A stretch of 64,000 nucleotides of DNA from positions 791,981 to 855,980 of the forward strand of contig NMRA01000062.1 in assembly GCA_002633005.1 (NCBI GenBank). The letters are read 5' to 3'. The position numbers and the translations under genes are program-made. The notes under the pieces were generated by a model that was not told the origin of the DNA, searched no databases, and was given only the letters and a program-made list of their open reading frames with translations. The stretch comes from Phoronis australis. Its lineage: Eukaryota; Animalia; Phoronida. Shown piece by piece: positions 53,001-64,000 of this stretch (positions are counted from its first letter, which is position 1; the number at the start of each line of letters is the position of its first letter).

Positions 53001-54139
53001 AGTGGGTAAAACGTACTGTACACCAACAGAATATTCCGTTTGAGGCTTGCTACCCGTAAAGGCTGATACAGTTCCATTAAACGCCGTTGCTCATATTTAT
53101 CATAACCTCTGTAGAAGGCACATCAAATAACTAACATTTGTCCAGTTGAAAAAATATGATCACCGATGCATTTTGAGCAGATTTACACTGTTCTATTTTA
53201 TTGTGAAATATTCACTCCACCTCGCGTTCGTCAGCTTCTTGTCACGGTCATTCCACGTCGTGCTGTGTCGTTAACACGCTGTGCTGGACTAAGATAAAAG
53301 CCTCCGAACACTCCAAATGTGCTGTTGAACATACATGTAAGCCAGCTTAAAAGCATGCAAAAATAGACTAGAAAAATAATCTTGGCAGATGGGGAAGGGG
53401 TATGCCTGATACACGACAGCCGATGACATCACGACTTGTGCGGGTCACGCACAACCCATTGGTAAACATTTACAAAATGTGTTATTTTTATGACAAATAC
53501 CGTAAAATTCTGCATACCGTGGAGCTTTTAATGCAAGCCAGGTCGCGTATTGATTTCAGGTTTGCCGGAGATTCAATTGACTATACACCAAAACCAAAAA
53601 GACGAACAGGAAAAAATATGCTTGGTAATCGTATGCTCCAAGGTCACGATACGTTATTACGTCATTTTATTAAGCATGACATAGGCCCTATGGTTGATGA
53701 AATGTAAGCGTATGCTCCCTCTTTTGGCACTCGAAATTTGGAGATCCAACTTCTAGTGTAGACCACGCGTTTATTATCATTTCCAACTGCGTCCATTAGA
53801 GATTAGCATCCATACTAGAATTTAGAAACCCGATTTCTATTAGAAGCTTTCCGGAAGAACAGCATGGATACGTTTGCTGGGATCATTTAAACATGAAAAT
53901 GGAACGTTCCCGAATTTAAAGTTGTGGACTTTTTCGAAATTAAGATCACATCTTTAAAGACGCAAAGCAAGCCATTTTCTTGTGTTTAGTGCTAATCAAC
54001 CATAGATGTACGAGTTTCTGTGTGTTTGAATGGTCCTATGACATGTCTCTATCATGTGCTTGTCTCATTGCTGGAATTCTTTTTCATTTTTCTATAATGT
54101 TCCTTATTTCGCCCGAACTTGGGGTGATTTTTCCCCTAC

Positions 54140-54298
54140 CAGTGGCGGATTTAGGGGGGTGAATGGAGTCATGGCCCCCTAAAATTCTCCCAGATTCCAT
54201 TTGGCAGTTCGGGGTTGCGAATGTCTGACGAGCAAAATCTTGGTTACTGCTCTGCCCTGCCCCCTCCCCTCCCACTCAAAATGCTGGATCCGCCCCTG
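54140..54298 (-). mobile_element. MITE, same family, copy 4
   Basis: cagtggcggatttag ... ctggatccgcccctg with internal agattccatttggcag. Confidence 0.8.
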
Positions 54299-55347
54299 CC
54301 CAGTACCTTCTGTCGTACACGCTTATGAGTCCTTGACTGCAATAGGCTAAACACCAGAAACTAACATAATACTGATTGGCTAAAACTACGTACGGGCTTA
54401 TGTAAGTTCATGCTGTAACCTGTCCACGAAAATTTATGGATTAGTAGAGAAAGCAGCTACAATCCCGCCGTATTGTGAAGTTCCGCTGTCGGATCTGGGG
54501 TCACATGATGGGGCCCAAGTCCTAAGCTTGTGAAAAAAATGATTGCGCTTTTCCTAAAACAAGCACATATAGATAGAGAGCCATTTTCTTTATTTTGTCT
54601 GGTAGCGTCCGCTGGTGGGACTACGCCACACCTCTAATCGCGCGCGTTCAAACATGGTCTTCATCAAATTAATGTGTTTCACAGGGAAAGTAAAATTGGC
54701 TACTCTCCAGAAAACGCAGTGTGTCTTATGAACGGAATATTAAGGTTTCCCTTTAGTAACTAAATGATTGCAAGTGACAGTTGTTAAGAGGTTGGCTTCT
54801 ATGCTTTGCCCGCAGCAGGGTTTCAACTTCCGTCGTATTATCATAAAACTCTAGTTCTGTGGTTTTTGTCATAGACTGCGAAGTCATGAAGTTGTCCGTC
54901 AAGTAGCTCCCCTTGCGTTGACTACAAAAACTAACAATTGCTTTTCAGCGGGCGTAGAACAGCAAAGCCAATAGTTCATTAACAAAGAACCAACCAACGC
55001 CGTTCTTCTATCTAAGTAAATACAACGCGGACATTCATTGGCTGAAGATAATTGACGAACTTTCGCGGTACCCAAAGTACTCAAATAACCGAGGGTAATC
55101 ACAGTGTTGTAAGTTTATATCGCCACGAAACTGACAAAGCGTTTGCCTAGGTTGAAAACCTTCACAAAGGGCCGAGTATTTCGAGTACCCAACTTCGACA
55201 GTAGCCGGAGGTTTAAATACAGAGAAGGGAATTTCGTCGGTTTGCTAACTCGATCGATTGTGGGTCTCAAATCAAATCACTCAGATGTAAAGGATACGTG
55301 GTATTTACTGGAAATAGTCGTCGTTTGACGTCGAAATCGCACTCAGA

Positions 55348-58300
55348 ATGTGGAAATACCTGTGGTGTTTAGGAGTCGTTTTGGTTTTCCAACATGGATG
55401 CCGTGTCGTCGACTGCCAACAAGGGGACTACAACCGTGCTCTTACTGACGGCGGTTTGCATAGTAACGATCGCTGTGAACCGATCACCATACCTTTATGT
55501 CGAGAGATTGAATACAACATGACCATCATGCCGAATCTACTCAATCATCAAAAACAGGTGTGAATTTTGTCTGTGAAACAAAAGTCGCCATTCAATTATA
55601 TCGTCTGTCGCCATATCTGGGTCATTTCCGATTTGAATGAGGTAGCAAGTTATAATGATGAATCGGTTTCTCAAGTATGATGCTAGTTGTTTGCTTCCAA
55701 AGTTTGGGAACTATCACGAGGTTTTTGTTTTGAAATTTTTAAGACAACCAAATGTCCTCTTGTGTTTTCAATTCAATCGGAGGGTAGGCCTATTGTTTTT
55801 AATTTAAGTTAAAGTGGGCTTTTGATTTAGACCAATCACTTACCAATATGAAATTGGTCAAAATGTGTTTCTTGCAGAGATGAGATGTGATTTATTTGAA
55901 AGTATGATTATTGTATATTTCAGTAATTTGAAAGAATTTTGTATTAATGGTCAAAAATATTCTTGGACTTGGGAGTGAAATTTGTGACATTCTAGGCTGA
56001 TTGAGCAAGGCCTATGGCTAAAAGGCTAAACCTTAGCAGATATTTCCATGATAATAGTTTTTAAAAAATGGTGTTGATTTTGTGTAGTTAATATTTATAT
56101 TTCATCTAATCATCTTTCGCAGATTTTTAGATCTTTCATGCTTCTGGCCCCTCAGATATGACAGATCTCGAATTACTGGTATCAAATGCCACTATCTAGT
56201 TTGGATCCAGCTTACAAACCTAGTCTACCTATCTAATTGAGTTATTTCCAAGAATTAACATGATAAGGTTATAGCTATCATTGTGTCAAATCTCTAGCTT
56301 ACTACAATGTTGCGTTGGTGTCTAATATTGGATTTATCAACTCTCCTTGTAACACAAGTCATGCGGCTTTTTCTTGATTCCATTTGGATGTTGCCTTTGA
56401 GAAATGTTTTTCTCTGCAGTCATTTGATGGGAATCATTTTCTGTTTTTAATAAGTTAAGCGTTAGCTTGTTTGTATTTGTAGGTCAAGTAAAATAAATTT
56501 GGTGCAAATCTCATTAGAGTCTATGGTCCTCACAGAGACCTAATGAGATTATAAGCAATAATTATAGACACAGAAGTTTGGGATTAATTTGGACTAATTA
56601 GTTTATCATTCAGTAGTGGCGCTTCCAGATTTAAAGCTACATACTTACATCTGAGGTTGGTTGATATGGTGGCTAGTATTCAAATTGAACAATTTTTGTG
56701 TTTGTTTTATGTCAACATGAATCAGGAGCTTTGACCTTGTCGTTTTTGTACAAAACAATATCTCAAAACTGCATGTCTTTACATTCGCTAACAATATTTA
56801 TGGATCAGATTTCCAGAGACGCTGATTCAATTTTTTTCATGATTATTTGAGAACGAAATATCGCATTGTATACAAAATTGAGGTCAGGCATGTATCTGTG
56901 ACTATGTGTTTACAATGCATGACACAGGCAAAAATGTCCGCTGGAAAGTACGATTGACTGCGTACTTGCTTCGTGTATTCCCGGATTTGAGCTCGTAAAC
57001 GGTGCTGACCAACCGACCAGTGCAAAAAAATGATGAACGTACGCTTTGCTCCCATATGGATGACACAATTGGGATCAATTTTCTACTCATATTTTAATTT
57101 TTTCACTCGTATTTTCTAGCTTAAACTTACTTTTGCCGAGCCCTGATTTTAGCAAAATTTGAACATGCATATGAGATTAATATTTGGAAAATTAACTGAA
57201 CACCCTCTAGATGAACATTTGTTCATTTTGTTCATAGGCATTTGCCTTAACAGCCATGCACCCTGCTGCTGGCTTCATCTCTTTCTTGACCCTGGTTTTG
57301 TCTACAAACAGATGTTTCACACACCTGTGGCCAATCCTTGTTGGATTACCACCAACTGCTGTGTTGTGTGTGACATGACCTAGTTAATGGACCATGCATA
57401 AATACATGTTTAGGCAACCAAGTGGAACATAAGATAATTAGTGTCATCTGTTGTCAGATTGCCATAATAATCCGGACAATTTGTAACAGATTTTGTAATG
57501 CTGACTGAAAAACCTTGTGTGCGCACTGATTTTTTACCATAGGACATCCCTACGGTGTTTTAACCACTGTCTACAATGTATTGTACCAGCTTCTAGCTCC
57601 CAATTGGCTTCAGCTTGACTAAAATACATTCAGGTTTCTGTCTTGATTTCCTTATTTGGAAAAGTTAAGTGAGTTGACTAGCTCGATAAATGTTGTTATT
57701 TTCGCATTCAAAAAGTCTATGAAATACGTAAAATACCATTTGTTGTTTTAGTTTTAGTGTTATTCTCAGGGCCCTCGTTACCTTCTTATGGAGCACTCTT
57801 TGGTTGAGCTTTCCAGGACTCAAATAATGTACCTTGTGCTGTTGAAGTGCTAGCGTGATGGGCATTTAAGTGTTTTTTTTACTGGCACAAAACTTGATAT
57901 TATTTACTAACGTGAAAGCAATTGCCCATGTGACTGGTTACTGGTATCGTTTAATTTTCTTTGTTTGACTAATTTGTCTGACACTAATTGCATATTGTTT
58001 GCGGAAAAAGTGTGTTATTTTACAGCAGGGCTTTATCGTGGGTTTTGAAAATAGGTTGTCCAAAATGGGGTTCCCAATATTCCAGGGCGTCCATGGTTCC
58101 AACGACTCGTTACTCCCACTCTGTTCACCACCAATCCTCCGCAACACACACACTGAGTTTTTTCACAAAATAATGCGCAGACCAACGGTTTTACATCTAA
58201 GTTTGCGAAACTTCCCTCTGTAGTGAGCTTTTTTACTCAAATAAACTGTGTAGACCAAGACTTTTACATCTAAGTTCACGAAAACAGCCACGTAGTGATA

Positions 58301-61300
58301 TTGATTGAACGATGAGTGCACTATGTTTTTGGTGATCTCGGGTCAAACTGATGTTATAAAGTTTATCATATCATCTTAGCTAGCTTTAATATTCTGTAAA
58401 ATGAGTCATCAGAGCTGCAGTTACAAAACAAGAAAAATGTCAACAGGAGTCATTGCTGTTCCATATTAAAACCTTAAAACGAACATTGAAAAGCATGAAA
58501 CGGGCGCAAAATCAAAACATTTAAATGGGCATATTCTTCTGGCACAATATAGTGTTAAAATAATGACATCTATTTCGCTTTTGATGTTTTTTAAAAAAGA
58601 TGCAAATCATGAAATTACAGCTCTGAAATACCAGTTTGAAGTTACACTAAGATGTGACCCCTATATAAAGTAATGAACTATACTGGGAACATAGCCAGAA
58701 GTGGAAGAACCTGGCAACCAAAGGTGCTAATTCTTGAAAGGTGTTGGATACCTAGTTTGAACATGGCAACATTGTTAATGTACATACAAATTATATATTT
58801 ATTCCTGATTTGAGAGCCAGCACTGTGAATTCACTTCTCTCTTCAGCTATGTCTCTACTCTAGGCTTGTTAGTAATCATTATAGTCATTGTGTGTGTTCA
58901 CGGGTGAGAAACAACATGACCGCCGTGGATTGAAACCGCATATTGTCCGGCGGTCATGTTCAGTCCCCGGCGGTCCTGTTTTTTGGTGGGGCGGTCATGT
59001 TTTTAGGTGCGTCAGTCCCATTTTCTGGTGCGACGGTCCCATTTGATCCCCGGAGGTCCAGTTTTGGGTGAGGCGGTCCGATTTAAGATGACCGGCGGTC
59101 ATGTTGTTTCTCACCCGTGGTGTTCAAACTTGAAAGTTTCCGATTGACAGTGGGCGTCCAATTGAATGCCTTGGCACTAATCTGGACGCCCTGGTATGGA
59201 AGCTCAGGACGTACCCTGCCCTAAAGGCCTGTTTCATTGGTGCATCATTGAGTTTTCCTGTGCATTTGCTGTCTGCTAAGCTCACAACATAAAATGTGCC
59301 CAACTCTCAGTTGACCTTTGTACTAGACTTTGCTCTTTAACCTTTCAGGAGGATGCTGGTCTTGAAGTTCACCAATTTTACCCCCTTGTTAAAGTACAGT
59401 GCAGTTCCTACCTGAAATTCTTCCTCTGTGCCACTTACGTACCTGTGTGTACCATGATGGAAAGAGCTATCCCACCGTGCAGAGAGCTTTGTGTTAGTGC
59501 CCGCAATGGTATGTATAACAAATTTTGGGCGTGAGTTGTATGTATCATTGATTCCAGTCATTCAAATAGTTTTGAGTCTCCTCTGATTTACTGGGTTTTG
59601 ATGTCTGTATATTGGACAGTTCCAATCTTGTCATGTCAAATCACAATTCGTGTTATGGCCTCACTCAAGGCAATGGCGTGCTTCTTGCCCTTGAGTCTGC
59701 ATTCCCTAGATGCAAGAATCGCGTAAGGTAACCTATGATTACTCAAAATACTGCCTGTGACTGGCGAGTGTTTCGCGAGGGCAATAGTCTCATTGATATA
59801 ACCTGCCCATATTTTGAAAACCAGTTTGATGCCGGTTATTCAGTAGAGAAAAGTGGTTCTCAAAATTTGGGCACCTTTTGCGAGTATACTCTGGACTTTA
59901 CTAAAGTACCCTAGCTAAATAGTGTCCATTGAAGTGATTGGTAGGTGGGATTGCAATGTTGACTAATGGCGTCGAATTCCCTGGCTCCGTTCCTTAACGG
60001 AAGCCAGCCCCATTGTTTGTGGTGTGAGGAGGTTGTCTTAGTTTGACTGGTATTCCTAAATAAAGGTCTGGTTAGTCATTGTTGCTGATATTTGTTCTTG
60101 TCTTGTGCCCTAAAAGAAATCGCAAAATTTTGTGTACTGTTTGTTATAGTACTGAGTTGCATTCCATCAAGTTAAATGTTTGTGAGTTTGTCAAGGTCGA
60201 GCAAGTGATCGAGATATGATCATGAATCATAGGCGAAGCTTGTGATCTCAATAGCCTTCACCCACATGTGGGTAATAGTTGGATATAACATGCCGGCACC
60301 TAGAGGAACCAGTTTTCTCCCCTTAATAACGGGCATCAAACTGGTTCTCAAAATATGGGCATGTTATATCCGACCATTGACTGCATGCATCTTGTTTATG
60401 AACCCCCTGGTGATAACCTTTTGAAACTGTTGATGCATTTCTGTCCCTTGATTGGATTTCAGTGAAATTTTTCCCCATCTCATTCTTAGACGATTTGTCT
60501 TCATGTCACATTATGTGTCCACAGTAACGTCAGCTGACAGTCCACCTGTTGTTAACTGTTTATGGTGCACACAGTTACAAGTCATTCTTCTTTATCAGTG
60601 AGATGATGCCTCCCTTGAAAACTCTGCTTTACATTGCTTTGTGCTTCCACTTCAACACTTACCGTAGTGAGTGGATAGTGCTGATTGAAAGTGCAATGAA
60701 ATGGTTCTTGAGCTGTGCAAAGCTGAAATGTTTGATGATGCACAAAGGATATGGTGTTAGTTATTCTTTGTCACAGTGTCAATAATTGCCCATGCCCTTG
60801 AGAGTTGCCTTTGTGCTGATTCTAATATGATAGCAAACTTTTGCAAACTGCCAGGCGCACTTGCTCTTACGTAGCAGTATATGAACACCAAGAATAACAA
60901 CTGTCTTACTTATAAATAACATGTAGGCGTATTATGCCTTCACTCCAGTCCAGCATCTGCTGCTCTATCTCCAAAACCCTTTGGTGTATGTTCATGAAAT
61001 TTTGCACGTGTGTTCCTTTCATGGATGGGATGACGTGAGCGAGTGAACTTTCGGACGGATTTGGCTACCGGTGTGCCCCTTAGTGGCAATTTTAGTGTAT
61101 GTTTACCTATGGCTGTATCTAAATTATGATGCAATGTGTTTGATATGAAGTTGAACAACAGACGACAATTTGTGGACGGATCCAATGAATGTTGTGCTCC
61201 TAGTGGCAATTTCAGTTTTTTTCCATTTTCTTCTGTTTATCTGAAGTTCTTTGACAGATTTTTAAGAAATTTGGCAAGTAGCTTTCTATTTAAGAAATGA

Positions 61301-64000
61301 AGACATGTTTCCACTATCGGATGGATTCATCATATTTTGCGCCATCTAGTGGCCATTTTTACTGTTTTCTAGACTGGTTTTGGCATCTGCCCCTTTATCA
61401 GCAAACCACTTTAAGGATGATTTTGAAAATTGCTGTTTATGTTTCTACTGTGATGAGTACAGCTGATGATGATTTTCGGATTACTCAAACTACTGCGGCA
61501 CCTCCTGCCAGGAGGTTCCTGGTGGCAGTTTTTTACTTCTATGGCTGTATCTTCCAAACCTTCTGCAGGATCTTTATTAAATTTGGCAAGTGCATATATG
61601 TGAAGTTGACAACAGACAACGATGGAGGGATCCCACTACTGCTGTGCCCCCTAGTGGCAATTTTGTTTAGTTGTTCTCTATCTTTCAAACTCCATGGCAG
61701 ATTTTTGTGAATTTTAATTAATAGGTTTCTATTGAAGAGATAGATTCGATGTATAGCGGTCATATTTATTATGAAATTTGGCAAAAAGGTTTCTGTTAAG
61801 GATAGGATGTTCGGTGGCTATTTTAAAAGTTTTTGATAACATTTTTGACATCACTCTCTCTATCCACCAAACCGCTTGGAAGGATTCCTATTAAAATTTT
61901 GTGAAATATTCCTGATCAGAAGACTGAGGCTGACGTAGATTTTTGTGATGGGTTAGATGTATTCTGCACCAACTAAAGGCCATGTGATTATTTTTAGTCT
62001 GTTTTTTTGTTGTCTTCTTCTGTATCTGCCAAACCACACAGAGGATCATTATGAAAATTGGCAGATGTGTTCTTACTGACAAGAGCCTGACTGACATGGA
62101 TTTTCAAACTGGTCCAACTACTGTGGTACCCCCTAGTGATTTTTTTCGCATCTACAGTTGTTTCGCTTAAACACCTTGTAAGATGTTTTTGAAATTTTGC
62201 AACTGTATTCCTATTAATTTGACAGCAGATGGACAGATTCGACTACAGCTGTGGTTCCTAATGGCGGTTTTTTTAGGTTTGCCTTTTTATCCTTGAAATT
62301 CTTTTGAAAGATTTTCATTAAATTTGGCTAATAATTTTGAGAGAGGATGACGACACCTTCCCATTTGGATGGGTTCCAGTGTATTTTGTGCCATCTAATG
62401 GCCTTTTTATGATACAAATAAACAACCCTAGAAGCACCCTGTTTGCGCTGCAGTCGTGGGTGCATTTCAACGCTCCACGTTGTCTGTTGTACCGTAATAT
62501 GTATGGTCATGTGGCAGTGGAAAACTTGACATCTTAGGTGGGTGTAACCAGATATTGTACCATATACTTTTTGGTAGGAGGGGTTCATAGCAGGAAGTTA
62601 ACATCACCTTCTGACCGTCATTGTTGCTTCAGTCTATTATGTCTATGTTTTGTTTGTTGATGTGTGCTGTGGAACGTGGAGGTAGATAGATTTATTGTAG
62701 GTTGTTTTGAAATATGTTTTGAATCGTTCTGATTGCATTTGCAGGTTGCGAGAGCTTGATGAACAAATTTGGATTCCAATGGCCTGAGAGTTTGGAGTGT
62801 AGCAAATTCCCAACGTCCGGCTTGTGTGTCGCTGAAAACAAAACCAAAGTGACGGATCCAGACCCCACAACCAGTCCTGACAATGGAGGGGGTCAGGGAG
62901 GAGACAACACTGGAGGAGGAGACAATAGCGGTGGCAATAACGGTGGCAACACTGGAGGTGACAATAACGGCAACAATAACAACGGAAACAATGGAAATAA
63001 CAACGGTGGCAATACTGACAACAATGGTAACCAAGGCAACCAGGAAGATGAGAAGGAATTTGGCTACAAGTGTGGTGTTCGTCTAATAACACCGGGGAAC
63101 TTGTCGTACTCAGTTAAAGTTGGCGACCATTTAATGCGAAATTGCGGTGTTCCTTGTCGGTCGCAGTACTTTGAGCCGTCTCAATATTACTTTGCATGGA
63201 TTTGGATCGGGGTGTGGTCGTCACTGTGTTTAGCCTCTACACTATTCACTGTGTTAACTTTCATCATCGATATGCAAAGATTCCGCTATCCGGAGCGGCC
63301 AATCATATTTCTCTCCGGTTGCTACTGCGTGGTGGCACTGACCTTTGTTGTTGGATTTATCATAAAGGAGGAGGTTGCATGTGATGGCCCTTTCAAACCA
63401 TCCAAGCCTGACTTCTCTCCTCTGTTGATGCCACGAATCGTAACGCAGGGCACGAGGGTGGAGGGATGTACTATTTTGTTCATGATGCTTTACTTCTTCA
63501 GTATGGCCAGCTCCATCTGGTGGGTGATTCTCACGCTGACATGGTTCCTCGCGGCTGGCATGAAGTGGGGTCACGAGGCTATCGAGGCTAATTCGCAGTA
63601 CTTCCATTTAGCCGCCTGGGCTGTGCCGGCAATAAAAACAATAGCTATCCTAGCCATGGGCCAAGTTGATGGAGACGTTCTCAGTGGGGTATGCTTCACT
63701 GGAATGTCAGATCTCGATGCTTTGCGAGGGTTTGTGTTAGCTCCACTCATCATTTACTTACTCATTGGAACCTCGTTCTTATTGGCTGGCTTCGTATCGT
63801 TGTTCCGAATCCGTACAATAATGAAAAGCGATGGCACTAAAACGGACAAATTGGAAAAACTCATGGTGAGGATAGGAGTTTTTTCAGTCCTTTATACCGT
63901 GCCTGCCACAATTGTCATTGGGTGCTATTTTTACGAACAGATACTGCGTCCTAAATGGATGGAAACGTGGTACTATGAGCAATGTAGTGATATCAGAAGC
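55348..64000 (+). CDS. fzd1/2/7: Frizzled 1/2/7-class Wnt receptor, 3' truncated by the window end; exons 55348-55557, 59349-59508, 62745->64000
   Basis: Signal peptide, then [27 protein letters not shown]|[19 protein letters not shown] (the FZD1/2/7 signature; Fz5/8 has HQFWPLVEI), [15 protein letters not shown]. 7TM region [58 protein letters not shown]. Confidence 0.95.
58899..59119. mobile_element. Transib-like MITE (221 bp) in Frizzled intron 1
   Basis: Perfect 27-bp TIR CACGGGTGAGAAACAACATGACCGCCG, 5-bp TSD GTGTT, internal gcggtc repeats. Confidence 0.85.
60930..62640. mobile_element. Non-autonomous element with internal degenerate tandem repeats (Helentron/DINE-like)
   Basis: Starts ttatgcc; recurring aaatttggca and c(c/t)tagtggca motifs every ~120-240 bp; no coding potential. 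Confidence 0.5.

Noticed and set aside
62618-63092. Minus-strand Val/Ser-rich and Cys-rich ORFs, and the plus-strand Thr-rich ORF
   Set aside because: Shadow frames of the Frizzled Gly/Asn linker.
55348-64000. Assignment as Frizzled 5/8
   Set aside because: The CRD has [18 protein letters not shown] and [10 protein letters not shown], diagnostic of the 1/2/7 class.

Overview
This is animal (most likely marine invertebrate) genomic DNA with five spliced genes that I reconstructed by hand from GT/AG sites and frame continuity. (1) A 2-exon melatonin-receptor-like class A GPCR on the minus strand, 12394-15891. (2) A divergent 5-exon actin on the minus strand, 19916-26207, with a shortened D-loop, Q137->H and a non-acidic N-terminus. 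(3, 4) A tandem pair of 7-exon Shisa-like (STMC6) type I membrane protein genes on the minus strand, 29736-38901 and 41119-47808. (5) The 5' part of a Frizzled 1/2/7 gene on the plus strand, from 55348 to the window end, head-to-head with the Shisa-like pair. The standout is the Shisa-like pair. Each carries a luminal/extracellular RGG + Ser/Tyr/Arg-rich region and a colinear, conserved 46-aa Tyr-rich module ahead of the six-Cys domain, and the pair sits next to a Frizzled, the known client class of Shisa proteins. Intergenic and intronic space holds Academ-like, DIRS/Ngaro-like, LINE, Penelope-like (hammerhead-like cores), Kolobok-like and Transib-like remnants, MITEs and satellites. Family assignments come from motif recognition only; no searches were run.
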